Shown here: piece after piece, positions 28,305 to 38,238 of the stretch
Numbering within the stretch: the first letter of the stretch is position 1
Layout of the letters: the number at the start of each line of letters is the position of its first letter
Virus record (IMG/VR): IMGVR_UViG_3300009314_000709
Coordinates: 1-64,000 of that record
Length of the DNA: 64,000 nucleotides
Reading direction: 5' to 3' (one strand)
Origin: a virus
The notes under the pieces: model-generated
Seen by the model: only the letters and a program-made list of their open reading frames with translations
Database searches by the model: none
Told to the model about the DNA's origin: nothing
Translations under genes and position numbers: made by a program

Positions 28305-28550
28305 ATGAAACCAATCAATTTTGAGCAATGGCTGCTAGAAAACACTGACGTTCAGATTTGCCCTACTTGCACATATCCTTTTAGTGGTGATGCCTGCCCA
28401 AACCCAGCGTGTGCCGCTAATCCTGACATTCCAGATGATGTCAAAGCGGCGCAAGCAGCAAAAGCTGATAAAGCGAGAGCGGAACAAGAAGAACGAGATA
28501 GAGTGGATAGAATTAAACGTAGAATGATGTACACACGATTCCGGCAATAG
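28305..28550 (+). CDS. small Zn-finger protein with capsid-targeting-like N-terminus
   Basis: NFEQWLLE; CPTC..CPNPAC. Confidence 0.65.
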   Translation: MKPINFEQWLLENTDVQICPTCTYPFSGDACPNPACAANPDIPDDVKAAQAAKADKARAEQEERDRVDRIKRRMMYTRFRQ

Positions 28551-28556
28551 GCAAAG

Positions 28557-29192
28557 ATGTGGCACCGTATTGGCAAAAGTGGAGAAAAGGTCTGGGGTAA
28601 GCGAGGCGCAGGGTTCGCCTTTTCAGAAGGAGAGCATCTTCTACTACTCAGACGAAGTGATAAGAAAGGCAAAGGCGACCCGTGGAGCAAAACGTGGAGC
28701 TTTCCTGGTGGCAGATCAGAAGAAGACGAAACTCTGTTGGGTACTGCTCAACGAGAAACTAGGGAGGAAATTGGGAAGCTCCCTAATGGTCGGCGTCTCT
28801 CCCACATCGATTCTCAAAACGGGCGACACCTCTTCCGTACATACATCTGTAAAGTCCCTCACCGGTTCTCGTGCGATCTCAGTGACGAGCATGATGCTTA
28901 TCGATGGTTCCATTTGAACGATCTTCGGGAAGTCAATCTTCATAAGAAGACCAGAGAGACGATAGATGACGTTGTGCGCATAATCGTAAACCGCACCGGA
29001 GGGAATACACATAACGAGTCCTATATGTCAGGATTTGCGGAATACGTTAGCCTACAAGAAGTAGGCGGAGCAACCGCTGATTTGTGGGCTGGTTATCATA
29101 AGGGTGTTGATTACCAGATTGAAGGCGACCCTAGTTCAATGTACCCACAAAGAAGAGAACGTCGTAGGAAGCGCCGTCGGTCAAGAAAGTAG
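28557..29192 (+). CDS. Nudix hydrolase
   Basis: Nudix box FPGGRSEEDETLLGTAQRETREEIG; LSDEHDAYRW. Confidence 0.92.
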   Translation: MWHRIGKSGEKVWGKRGAGFAFSEGEHLLLLRRSDKKGKGDPWSKTWSFPGGRSEEDETLLGTAQRETREEIGKLPNGRRLSHIDSQNGRHLFRTYICKVPHRFSCDLSDEHDAYRWFHLNDLREVNLHKKTRETIDDVVRIIVNRTGGNTHNESYMSGFAEYVSLQEVGGATADLWAGYHKGVDYQIEGDPSSMYPQRRERRRKRRRSRK

Positions 29193-29489
29193 TTCTCGCA
29201 CTCCGCCAAGCACTCGTTCACTGATACCTTTTACTCTCTTAATATCTTCTACGCTGGCGAACGGGGCAGCCTCTATAAGTCGTTGAGCTAACTTTTCACC
29301 CACACCCGATACTTGCATCCATTCCTCAACCGACCAGTGATTGAACGCCACATCCACTTCGGGTGATGTTGTGCCGCCCTCTTCGTTCGGTTCGCAGTTC
29401 ATTAACTCTTCTCGCTGCTGTAGAAAGTTTGGTCGTGCAAGTCTATAGTTAGCTTTAGCCCAGCTTTCAAAGCTCTGAAGTTCTGTCAT
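29181..29489 (-). CDS. helix-hairpin-helix DNA-binding protein
   Basis: VSGVGEKLAQRLI..PF.SVEDI.RVKGI (ComEA-like HhH); N-terminal SFESW. Confidence 0.8.
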   Translation of the reverse strand: MTELQSFESWAKANYRLARPNFLQQREELMNCEPNEEGGTTSPEVDVAFNHWSVEEWMQVSGVGEKLAQRLIEAAPFASVEDIKRVKGISERVLGGVRELLS

Positions 29490-30232
29490 ACCTTACTCCG
29501 CTTAATTCCGGCCCACTTGGTACAAGTATCTACGTACACGTCGATACTTTCACCTGCATCGCCCCAAAAACCTGGCAATCGTTCAGCGGTGAGTTTGCCT
29601 TCTTTTAGGAAACACATATTCAAGTCAGTGATCTCCAATTCACCACGTTGAGATAACCTGAGTTTTTGAATATGGTTCCAAACGGTCGGCTTGTACATGT
29701 AAAGGCCGGTAGCGATAGTATTTGCTTTTGGCTTTTCCGGCTTCTCTTCAATACTCAATACGTCATACCCATCGCTCTTTTTCTTACCAAGCTCAACAAC
29801 ACCATACCATTCCGGGCGCTCAACCTCCTTGACGAAGATTTTGCAACCAGTCCTAGAAGACTCAAAAGCCTTGATCGAATCGGCAAAAGAATCTTCAAAG
29901 ATGTTATCAGCCAGGACCACAGCGATAGGCGCATCTGCCGCCCAGTCTTCCGCTAGTTTCAGAGCATGGGCGATGCCTTTTGCCTCGGATTGGTAAGCAT
30001 AATTCAGTCGCCGCAAACCAAACTCTTCGCCATTGCCCAGAATCTTGAGAAAGTAGCCAGCCGAGTTGCCCCCAACTACCAGTAGAATGTCCTCGATTCC
30101 ACTGTCGACCAGCGTCTGAATGGGCCAGTAGACCATTGGCCGGTCGTAAACGGGTAATAGGGATTTGTTCGTCACCTTTGTGAGGGGATGAAGGCGTGTC
30201 CCCATTCCGCCTGCAAGTACGATTCCTAACAT
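29486..30232 (-). CDS. rmlA: glucose-1-phosphate thymidylyltransferase (short RmlA/SpsI-like)
   Basis: GIVLAGGMGTRL.PLT...NK.LLPVYD.PM, EEKP, S.RGELEITD, W.DAG. Confidence 0.9.
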   Translation of the reverse strand: MLGIVLAGGMGTRLHPLTKVTNKSLLPVYDRPMVYWPIQTLVDSGIEDILLVVGGNSAGYFLKILGNGEEFGLRRLNYAYQSEAKGIAHALKLAEDWAADAPIAVVLADNIFEDSFADSIKAFESSRTGCKIFVKEVERPEWYGVVELGKKKSDGYDVLSIEEKPEKPKANTIATGLYMYKPTVWNHIQKLRLSQRGELEITDLNMCFLKEGKLTAERLPGFWGDAGESIDVYVDTCTKWAGIKRSKV

Positions 30233-30338
30233 GCTTTAAGGGAGTACAGCCGACGGAAAAATTGACCTTGAGCGAGATTCTAATCCGAGGTATCTTTTTC
30301 CGTACCAACCCTTTCCCCTAATCACAGGAGCTTCGATC

Positions 30339-31514
30339 ATGCTAGCATCACTATTGCTAGTAACCACCTTAGCGGCTGGCGGCTTGACCGCTGACGACGT
30401 AGACGAACTGAGGATTATCAACGCCCTCTTCGTCGAAGCGGAAAAACTGGAAGAGAAAGGTGCACCGGTCCTCACGGAACAGGGCAAACAAGCTCTGCTT
30501 GCTCGTGCTAGCGGAATTGCTGGCGAGGAATTAGATCGAGAGAGGCTAGAGGAGCTTTCGACGACTTTCTGGGGTCGAGTGACGGGGTTCTTCACGTTCA
30601 TTAACATCATATGGGTAACGGCCGCTGTGATCGGGGTGATAGCGATCATGTGGTTGTTCGGTATCTATTTCTTGCAGCTTATTATCTCCATTCCTGCGCA
30701 AGTATGGGAGGTCGCTATTTGGCTCGCCTGTATTGGCCTTGTTACCCTTGGGTTGCGCAGCACGGACCAAACTTACGCTTTGTGGTATGTCTTTCCCGCT
30801 TGTCTCGGCATGATCGGCGCTATGATCTTGTCCCACCACATTCACATTAAGCCGGTGATCCAGAAGCGACGTAGATACGACGAAGATGAGGACATTTCAC
30901 CGCACGCTTTTGTATTGGGGGCGATATGGGCACTGGTGGCTATCCTCTTCGATAGCCAACTGATCGGCTTCATTTCGGTCGGGGCGTTTATGACGGCCGC
31001 AGGATTCTTTGCAGGTATGTACCCGATGTGTATTTGTCTAGGATTTCAAAAAGAAGACAACGGCATCGTGGCGACAGTCATTGCGGGAGCGGTTTGGGTA
31101 TTATATCTCGTACTCGGCTTGTGTTGCCCCGATCTGCCAGAGTACCAACCGTTCGTGCCAGGACTCGCTTTCCTGGGAACGTTCTGTTATTTCCTTGGCT
31201 TACTCATCATCAGCAACAAATGGTACCTCAAGTACGTGTATAATGCGCTCGATCACTACGTGCCTTTACAAGTTGTCGTCGTGATCTCCGGTATAGCGGC
31301 CTTGTACTTCGGCACTGCGATTGGATCAGCGGCCGTCGTGGGAGTTGGCGGCACCTTCTTCTACATTTGGCTGTTGCAAAAGTATTTCGAGATCGTCGCC
31401 ACAGCTAGAATTCATGCTGCCTGGGCCATGTTGTTCCTGGCCGGAATTCTTTACTTCATGGCCTGGCACGCATCGAAGAACCCGGAGTACTTCATTTTCA
31501 TGGCGAACAACTAG
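30339..31514 (+). CDS. multi-pass membrane protein
   Basis: signal-like start and about 10 hydrophobic helices. Confidence 0.75.
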   Translation: MLASLLLVTTLAAGGLTADDVDELRIINALFVEAEKLEEKGAPVLTEQGKQALLARASGIAGEELDRERLEELSTTFWGRVTGFFTFINIIWVTAAVIGVIAIMWLFGIYFLQLIISIPAQVWEVAIWLACIGLVTLGLRSTDQTYALWYVFPACLGMIGAMILSHHIHIKPVIQKRRRYDEDEDISPHAFVLGAIWALVAILFDSQLIGFISVGAFMTAAGFFAGMYPMCICLGFQKEDNGIVATVIAGAVWVLYLVLGLCCPDLPEYQPFVPGLAFLGTFCYFLGLLIISNKWYLKYVYNALDHYVPLQVVVVISGIAALYFGTAIGSAAVVGVGGTFFYIWLLQKYFEIVATARIHAAWAMLFLAGILYFMAWHASKNPEYFIFMANN

Positions 31515-31529
31515 AGAGGAAGGGAGCAG

Positions 31530-31790
31530 ATGCAACGCCTCTTCGCAGTCTTTCTACTGTTTGTGACTATGGCGACTTGGCTTTTTGGCGTTCTCTGCAA
31601 CTGGAGAACGTGGGTGGTGATAGCCAGTGCAGTCTGGTTGACGATCTTGACTTACCACATCGGTTTTCTTTTTTGGGTTTTTATCTGGCTCGGTCTATTC
31701 ATCGGCATGGTCTTGCTACTGGTTGTACCGATAGCCATGAACATTAGGCTACGCACAGAGACCTATCCGAAGGATGAAGAGGCCATTTAG
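31530..31790 (+). CDS. small membrane protein
   Basis: strongly hydrophobic, SD AAGGGAG. Confidence 0.6.
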   Translation: MQRLFAVFLLFVTMATWLFGVLCNWRTWVVIASAVWLTILTYHIGFLFWVFIWLGLFIGMVLLLVVPIAMNIRLRTETYPKDEEAI

Positions 31791-33109
31791 CCATCGCCCG
31801 CATCCAGACGACGGTGCAACCCGTTCTTACCTTCTTCGACGGCAAGGAGCAACTGCGATTCCCTCTCCAAGGCTGTGGTCATCGCTTCCCAGTCTTTGGC
31901 CGCCGAGCCATCCATCAAACGACGAGCACCGGTGAGGATGGCACGTAGACGGCGAGGATCATTGGTGTTTTCCTGCTCCATGATCTCCATCGCCTTCGTC
32001 ACCCATCTCTCATTCCCATTGTGCTGTCGTACTTCACGCAGTCCGATCAGTCGCAGCACATCAGGGCTAGGGCGGGGGAAGAAGATTTTTTGAGACAAAC
32101 GAGACGCCAAGGCTCCGTCGTGAAACTTCTTGAACTTGGGTAGGTTGTTAACCGTGAACATCACCAATGCCTGGTAAGGCACTTCTTCCCTGCCCCTGGT
32201 GGCCGTTGCCTTGCGAACACAGGCCGAGACATTGCAGATATCGATGAACGGTGACAACTTATCTGGGTCCGCTTTGTCCCCCTCTTCCACAATGATGAGG
32301 GAAGGCTTAGGATCAGCTTCCAATAAGACGTTCTCGAAACCCGCTTTCGTGGTCTGGCTGGCGGTGAACCTCATAACGGCCCCGTCTGGCGAATGCTCCG
32401 CAACCATTTCGTAAATCCGTTCACATACCGTAGTCTTACCCGATCCCGGCTGACCATAGTACATGATATGGGATCGCTCTAAGTAACCACTCCGCACAAA
32501 GGCACTGAGAGAATCCCAAGTCAGACGAAGCTGGGGATCGAGGCCGTAGATATCCGCCTCAAAGTAAGGTTCCCACTCGGGAGGAAGAAGGATGTGTGCT
32601 GTTTCGGCCCGCCCACCCGCTTGCAGCATCGCACGGGCTTCCTCTAGGTTAAAGTCATGGCCCCCTGGCCCGGTTGCCTTGACAACCGACCATCCTCTCG
32701 ACTTAGTTCCGGCGAATTTAGCCATCATGCCAGCGAGACGTTGCGCTCGATGAATCAACTGTGCGAGGCTATCGAACTTCGCAATCGTGTAGCGGAAATT
32801 GACCTTGCCGGTACAGATTTTCTTGAAGACACCTCCAGCCCCACTTTGCGTAACTCTGGGACGTGTTACCTCGTGGGACCAACCTGGCGTATTCCGAGTG
32901 GCGTCTTCGGCAATGGAATGGAGTTGCGCCCCGGCCGCATCGCCCGGCGACTTGGCGTACACCTTTTCCAGAGTGACGGTTAATAAGAACGTCTCGCCGA
33001 CCTTGACCGTCGCCCCGCCACTCTCATGTTGCGGAATCTGGGCAACACCGGCCGCCTTCTTCTTGACGGGTCGATGTGCGGACTTCTTTACGATCTTCTT
33101 CTTGGCCAC
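31787..33109 (-). CDS. AAA+ ATPase
   Basis: Walker A GQPGSGKT, Walker B IIVEEGDK, sensor TVNN, ALASR arginine finger. Confidence 0.88.
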   Translation of the reverse strand: MAKKKIVKKSAHRPVKKKAAGVAQIPQHESGGATVKVGETFLLTVTLEKVYAKSPGDAAGAQLHSIAEDATRNTPGWSHEVTRPRVTQSGAGGVFKKICTGKVNFRYTIAKFDSLAQLIHRAQRLAGMMAKFAGTKSRGWSVVKATGPGGHDFNLEEARAMLQAGGRAETAHILLPPEWEPYFEADIYGLDPQLRLTWDSLSAFVRSGYLERSHIMYYGQPGSGKTTVCERIYEMVAEHSPDGAVMRFTASQTTKAGFENVLLEADPKPSLIIVEEGDKADPDKLSPFIDICNVSACVRKATATRGREEVPYQALVMFTVNNLPKFKKFHDGALASRLSQKIFFPRPSPDVLRLIGLREVRQHNGNERWVTKAMEIMEQENTNDPRRLRAILTGARRLMDGSAAKDWEAMTTALERESQLLLAVEEGKNGLHRRLDAGDG

Positions 33110-33195
33110 GGTTGGCTCCCCTTGGCAAACAATCTGCGTACTCTAAGTATAGCATAGACACCGTTCCGGGGAAACAGGTTCTCTGCCTACGCAAC

Positions 33196-33867
33196 TTATT
33201 CCGCAGCTTGGACTTGCGGCAATTTGAAGAATCGCTGAACCAATTTAACGCAGTACTGGAATCCTTCGCTCTCCTTGGGCATGAATTCCGGGTGATACTG
33301 CATCCCGAGGGCCTTGGTTTTTGGGTACCACACCACATCGTGCTCTCGGTCAGGTTCGTATTCGACGCCTGGCGGGCCTTGATAGCACGCCGAACGTCTC
33401 GGCTCGGCCCAAGCGATTGGTACGGCGTCGTCGGGAGGGAGTTGCATCTGGTGATGTGTGGAAGAGACTTCAATAAGGCGACCGTCGTCAGTGAGTATCT
33501 TGTGATAGCCGCCATGCCCAGTAATATGTTGTGCGAGCTTGCCGCCACTCATGGCACAAATGAATTGACTACCACGGCAGATGCCCGCAATGGGGATGCC
33601 TAGCCGTACGGCTGCCCGAAACACTTCGGCCTCGAACTTGTCACGCTTAGGATCATTGTATGTTCTCTCGTTTGCTTCTTCTCCGTATAGCGAAGGGGTC
33701 ACGTCTGACCCGCCTGTGAAAACTACTAGCGCAATCTCGTCTCTAGTGTCCTCGTCCGCTAAGGCTAAAGCACGAATATGGCGTTCGCCGAACGTCTGGA
33801 ATGGCAAGTAATACGACGCACCACAATCGGCGTTGTCGTTGACCATCAGTATCTTGCTACCCATCAC
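33196..33867 (-). CDS. class I glutamine amidotransferase / gamma-glutamyl hydrolase (peptidase C26-like)
   Basis: FTGGSDV.P.LYGE, GICRGSQ, VSSTHHQ, QYHPE. Confidence 0.9.
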   Translation of the reverse strand: MMGSKILMVNDNADCGASYYLPFQTFGERHIRALALADEDTRDEIALVVFTGGSDVTPSLYGEEANERTYNDPKRDKFEAEVFRAAVRLGIPIAGICRGSQFICAMSGGKLAQHITGHGGYHKILTDDGRLIEVSSTHHQMQLPPDDAVPIAWAEPRRSACYQGPPGVEYEPDREHDVVWYPKTKALGMQYHPEFMPKESEGFQYCVKLVQRFFKLPQVQAAE

Positions 33868-33871
33868 AGCC

Positions 33872-34294
33872 TCACTCAGTTATGTGGATGACTTCGACTT
33901 GCCTGGTGTCTACAATGTCGTCGGCTGTCTCGATAGTTCGATCTGGGCCGAGCGACCGCACCTGTAGATACTCGGCAAGACTGTCGGCGAAGTAGGTGTA
34001 CCGAAGGTTGTTGTTCCAGGAATCAACACAGGGAATCTCTCCGCTGTTTTCGTCGTTGAACCTGGCTAGGCCACCGTTCGCCGTGTTCTGCGATTCAAGA
34101 CGTGTGGCCCATTCGGAAACAAGTAATGTGGCTTCGTTGTAGTTCTCTTCCGCCCTCCGAGTACGGCTATTGGTGTCCCAGATTATCAACCCGATGAGAC
34201 CACCAAACATACAGATGACGGGGATGGTAATGAAGAGAAACCCCCACTCCTCCATGAATGAATGCTTACGATCAGATGTGTATGAGTATGGCAT
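33872..34294 (-). CDS. GspG-like pseudopilin domain protein
   Basis: N-terminal TM helix; DSWNNNLRY and VRSLGPDRTIETADDI resemble GspG DPWG..Y.Y / SxGPDG...T.DDI. Confidence 0.7.
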   Translation of the reverse strand: MPYSYTSDRKHSFMEEWGFLFITIPVICMFGGLIGLIIWDTNSRTRRAEENYNEATLLVSEWATRLESQNTANGGLARFNDENSGEIPCVDSWNNNLRYTYFADSLAEYLQVRSLGPDRTIETADDIVDTRQVEVIHITE

Positions 34295-34311
34295 GGGACC
34301 ACTCCTGATAC

Positions 34312-34342
34312 AAAAAAAGCGGCAACGTACACGTTACCGCTT
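34312..34342 (-). terminator. intrinsic terminator
   Basis: AAGCGGCAACGT/ACGTTACCGCTT hairpin with A7 run (U-tail on minus strand). Confidence 0.65.
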
Positions 34343-34404
34343 AATCGTAGTCTCCCATCAGAACTACGCAATATCAGATTATCGTCGGTTTTATCATAAA
34401 ACCT

Positions 34405-34869
34405 TTAGATGATTTCGATGCCGTCGAGAGGGTTCTCGTTCAGCAACACGTCCGGTTGTGGTTCTTCCTTCTGAGGCTGCGTTTCGTTGAGTTTTTGCTG
34501 TTGCTTTTCGGGTTTCTGTTCCACAAACTCTACCGTACCCTCATTGGTCACAATAGGAGGTTGCTCTGTGATTAGCTTGTCAGCCATCGGTTGCTCCGTT
34601 GATTCGTTAATAGGTTGCACCTGGGCTACAGAGGGGGACTCAATAATCTTTACGAGCCGCAATTCGTTGCTCTGCACCATGAACATATAGTAGTTATCTC
34701 CGACAAATTCCTCGTTAACTGCAACTTTGCTAGTGCCTGACTTAGTTGGGCGTGGTAAAAAGAGGTCTCCGCTTGTGTTGTTGCGGAAGACGAATACGCC
34801 GTCGCCGCTCAGTGCGGACTTCCGTTTCTGAGCACGGAGAACATTTTTCTCGTATTTGTTCAGTCTCAT
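34405..34869 (-). CDS. hypothetical protein
   Basis: 154-aa ORF, GAGG SD. Confidence 0.7.
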   Translation of the reverse strand: MRLNKYEKNVLRAQKRKSALSGDGVFVFRNNTSGDLFLPRPTKSGTSKVAVNEEFVGDNYYMFMVQSNELRLVKIIESPSVAQVQPINESTEQPMADKLITEQPPIVTNEGTVEFVEQKPEKQQQKLNETQPQKEEPQPDVLLNENPLDGIEII

Positions 34870-34969
34870 ATTGCCTCATGTTTTTGCGATTTACCACCGA
34901 TATCTTTAGTAATATAGTGTCTCTCGCTCCACCTTTCATAACAAAACCGCAAACTCGGAGGAAAACCCT

Positions 34970-35314
34970 ATGAGCGGAACCACTACTGTAGCACAGACGC
35001 CGAAGAAGTGGTGGCAAGTCTACCAAGGCGACCGGGAGTGTCGTCTCTTCAAGGCTCTGGCACGAGGCAAGCATGAGTGGCGTACTACTGATGGTTTGAT
35101 GAAAGCGGCCAAGCTGAATCAATCCGAAGTGGAAACCATCTGTGCTAAGTATGTCACTGTCGGCTTGATCCATCAACACTCGAAAGAACCTGGCAAGTGG
35201 CGTTACTGGGAACGGGCTACGGCGAAGAAGAAACAAAAAGGCATCGCCGACGAAGACAAGAGTCGCCGCATCGATGAGAAGCTCGGCACAAACTCGTCGC
35301 CTGGCGGCTGCTGA
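34970..35314 (+). CDS. hypothetical basic protein (possible winged helix)
   Basis: 114-aa ORF, GGAGG SD, terminator downstream. Confidence 0.7.
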   Translation: MSGTTTVAQTPKKWWQVYQGDRECRLFKALARGKHEWRTTDGLMKAAKLNQSEVETICAKYVTVGLIHQHSKEPGKWRYWERATAKKKQKGIADEDKSRRIDEKLGTNSSPGGC

Positions 35315-35355
35315 GGCCCGTAATCTCTTCGCACAGTTTGTGCGGCTCGATTACG

Positions 35356-35392
35356 AAAACGCCCCGCCGAGATTCTCGGCGGGGCGTTTTTT
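35356..35392. terminator. bidirectional intrinsic terminator
   Basis: AAAACGCCCCGCCGAG/CTCGGCGGGGCGTTTTT between convergent genes. Confidence 0.85.
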
Positions 35393-35415
35393 ATTGCTCT
35401 AATCAATAGGAGGTC

Positions 35416-35655
35416 TTACTTCTTATTGATTGACTGGTAGTATGGCGAGTCGGCAGCCGATGGCACCTTCCAAAGCGACGGGTATTGCCCAGCGTAGTAT
35501 TGGGGTGGATACAGCGGCTCCTTAGCGCCCGTCCGCTTACGGTTTTCGTTAGCGGCGTCCTTATCATCTCCCATTGGCAACTCAAGTTCATTTTCTGAGC
35601 AATAGAGGATGAAATCGGGAATACGTGGTTCCAGTACGGTTGTCTTTTCGCTCAT
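35416..35655 (-). CDS. small hypothetical protein
   Basis: LYPPQY..GQYP motif; GGAG SD and TATATA upstream. Confidence 0.65.
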   Translation of the reverse strand: MSEKTTVLEPRIPDFILYCSENELELPMGDDKDAANENRKRTGAKEPLYPPQYYAGQYPSLWKVPSAADSPYYQSINKK

Positions 35656-35698
35656 ATTTACAACTCCAATGACTGTTTCCTTGTGATGTATATAGCCA

Positions 35699-36679
35699 TT
35701 AGTCGATAAAAACCAAAGGGACTTCTGGCTGTCTCGGGAGTTTGGGATTTCGTTGTTTCCAATACTCTCGACAAGTATTTAGAGCTTCCTGGCTGAAATT
35801 TGAATAATGCTCCGACAATTCAGCAAAGTCGGCCAAGGGCTCAAGTGTTGGGTCTTCCTTGAGTTCGGTATACCACTCTTTCCATCCATTATCGAAGTGA
35901 ACTTGCTTCACAGTTGTGCCATAGAAATGTCGACAGCTTCGGAAGAAGTCTTCATCGACTAACGTGACCATTTTGTGTCCATTTGCTAAGAGCTTTGTCG
36001 ACACGGCGTAACCAGTATCTCCCATAGTAAGTTGGTACGATGTGTTTTCCTTCAGCGAGCGGTGCATGATGAGAAACCGTAAGTCAAATTCGTCTGACGT
36101 ACCCCAATGCTCTCCGGCTTCCCAAACCAAGGCGGTTCGCCAAAAAGCCAAGCATGGGTGAAGCCGCTTCAACGTACGGCCTTGGAACGGACCTATGCGC
36201 CAAGCAATAGCTTGCTCCGCCGAGCCAACACATCCTACTTGTGGATCAACCAGGAACGGTAGAAGAAATGGCTCGATCCAATTTGGGCCAAGAAACTCTA
36301 CGTCGGTATCAAGTGTTGCAAAGATCGGCGAAGTGACTTTTGTTACGAGGAAATCCAAAGCGGAATTGTGCGTAGTACGGTAGTCTCGTAGAATCGTTTT
36401 AGCCCTAAAATAGTCCGTCAAATACGGCTCTAGGCCATAGTGGTCAATGACCGCTTGTTGTCTTTGTTTGTACGTATCATCTGTAGGCCGGTCTTCCAAT
36501 CTCCACAACCGAACCTCTGGAAGAGCGGCCAGATATTCGTCCGACCCATCGCTACTCCCATTATCACAGCAGAGGATTTCATAAGAAAATCCGGGATGGT
36601 ATTCCCGCAGGCTCTTAACTAGAATTTCGATATGTTCAGCCGAATTATAATTAGCGACTAGAAATTGCAAGCACTTCAT
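35699..36679 (-). CDS. GT2 family glycosyltransferase
   Basis: VANYNS, DNGSSDGS, LDTDVE DxD, DTG motifs. Confidence 0.85.
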   Translation of the reverse strand: MKCLQFLVANYNSAEHIEILVKSLREYHPGFSYEILCCDNGSSDGSDEYLAALPEVRLWRLEDRPTDDTYKQRQQAVIDHYGLEPYLTDYFRAKTILRDYRTTHNSALDFLVTKVTSPIFATLDTDVEFLGPNWIEPFLLPFLVDPQVGCVGSAEQAIAWRIGPFQGRTLKRLHPCLAFWRTALVWEAGEHWGTSDEFDLRFLIMHRSLKENTSYQLTMGDTGYAVSTKLLANGHKMVTLVDEDFFRSCRHFYGTTVKQVHFDNGWKEWYTELKEDPTLEPLADFAELSEHYSNFSQEALNTCREYWKQRNPKLPRQPEVPLVFID

Positions 36680-38188
36680 ATGTCCTTCTATGGCGACATC
36701 ATCGACCGAGTACGGCGATTCAGGCTGGGTATTACTAATCCCAATGTCACTGAATCTCTAATAAAGAAGCGAGACGAGCCAAAGATGAAGGTTCATTCGG
36801 AAAATTGTCTCAAGTTGATGATCGAATATATCAACTTTCACACTGAGCCCGTTATGGCGGGCAAGTGTAAGCCAATCAACCACACGCATCTTTCAAGAGC
36901 CTTGGATCATTTTACCTGCCCCGATCCCACCTTTCCATCAAGCGTTCTTCGTGGCATACACTACATGAGATGGGAGGAGCTACTAACACAACATTTTGGT
37001 TGGGTTCCTCGGTGTAACCGACGTACAATGGAAGTGGTTCATCTTTCCGATGTGCTTGGAATGGCTAGAGAAGACGCTCTGGCCCGAGATGAAGGCGGCC
37101 TCATAGCCGTATCGGATATATCGAAGCCGGATAAAACCACACCAGCGCCGCCAAATGTATTTGACTTTATGGCGAGGCATTTAGACTCGCACAGTGTTAC
37201 TATACCGGACCACAAGGCATCACTATGGACGATCAACCGTGATATCTTGGAAGAATCGGCTTCGTTAGCTGGTTTTCTTTACCTCGATCAGTTAGACTGT
37301 GATCTTAGCACAAACGACTATGAGGATTGGGCCGACCTACTCAAGATGACATATGCCGCTGGAGAAAGGCAACCTAAGTTATCAACAGCGCTACAGGAAG
37401 CACGAGAGGCGTGGCTAAGACTCGCCGAACCGCAAACCAACGAGACTCCTGGAGAAGATGATATGAGAAGCGCCCTATTTGCCGAAGTGAAAGTCGAAGA
37501 CGCTGGTGCGGAACAGCTTTCCGATTGCGTAACAGTGACTTCCCACCAATGTGATTTCTGCAAGAAGGAGGCGTCCGTCAACGGTCGCACTGGTGCCTTG
37601 TTGCAGAGGCTTACGGGAGACAACCAGTTCTTTTGTTCCTTCTGCGTGCGCAATGACTTCCACACGAAGAAACGAAAGGACGTTCTCATACTCACGCTAC
37701 GTGCTTTGATCGGCTATCTCTACTATTTCTGCTATTTCGGCAAGACGCCAAGGCTCTTTCTTTCGGAGGTCGGGGACATGGTAACGATCCATGTAGCCAT
37801 AGGGCGACAGAATCCCCTCTTCGTATACGATCCAGATACGTTTTGTTGGTTCGTAGACTTTTCCAAGGTAGGGACTACAAAGAAGAAGGTGCCGGTTGCC
37901 GAGGTGATTCGCACCGTAAATGAGATGATCTCTGCCTTCAATCCCTACAATCATATTAAGGAATTCAAGAGCCACAAATACTCTGAACGATTTGCGGAAG
38001 CGATCATGGATTTCTATCAGCGTAGATACCGGCCGCAAGCCAAGGCAGTCTGTGCTCCCACCTTACTTCACTGCGCTTCAGATATGCGAGAACAGCAAAA
38101 AGACCACACGACAACGACGAAAAAGATCGACATTGCTGTTTTCCGTGATTTCCTGCCTGGCTCTTTCAAATTGAATCCTCGTCGCTAA
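36680..38188 (+). CDS. hypothetical protein with Cys4 zinc-finger
   Basis: CDFC..CSFC; 502-aa ORF. Confidence 0.7.
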   Translation: MSFYGDIIDRVRRFRLGITNPNVTESLIKKRDEPKMKVHSENCLKLMIEYINFHTEPVMAGKCKPINHTHLSRALDHFTCPDPTFPSSVLRGIHYMRWEELLTQHFGWVPRCNRRTMEVVHLSDVLGMAREDALARDEGGLIAVSDISKPDKTTPAPPNVFDFMARHLDSHSVTIPDHKASLWTINRDILEESASLAGFLYLDQLDCDLSTNDYEDWADLLKMTYAAGERQPKLSTALQEAREAWLRLAEPQTNETPGEDDMRSALFAEVKVEDAGAEQLSDCVTVTSHQCDFCKKEASVNGRTGALLQRLTGDNQFFCSFCVRNDFHTKKRKDVLILTLRALIGYLYYFCYFGKTPRLFLSEVGDMVTIHVAIGRQNPLFVYDPDTFCWFVDFSKVGTTKKKVPVAEVIRTVNEMISAFNPYNHIKEFKSHKYSERFAEAIMDFYQRRYRPQAKAVCAPTLLHCASDMREQQKDHTTTTKKIDIAVFRDFLPGSFKLNPRR

Positions 38189-38238
38189 AAACGCAATCGT
38201 TGTGGCTACATACTCTCAAATACAAGGGAGATGTAGCT

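Noticed and set aside
33024-33603. Long overlapping alternative ORFs (33024-33548 minus, 33076-33603 plus) and similar shadow ORFs elsewhere
   Set aside because: Overlap well-supported genes in other frames and lack motifs or ribosome-binding sites
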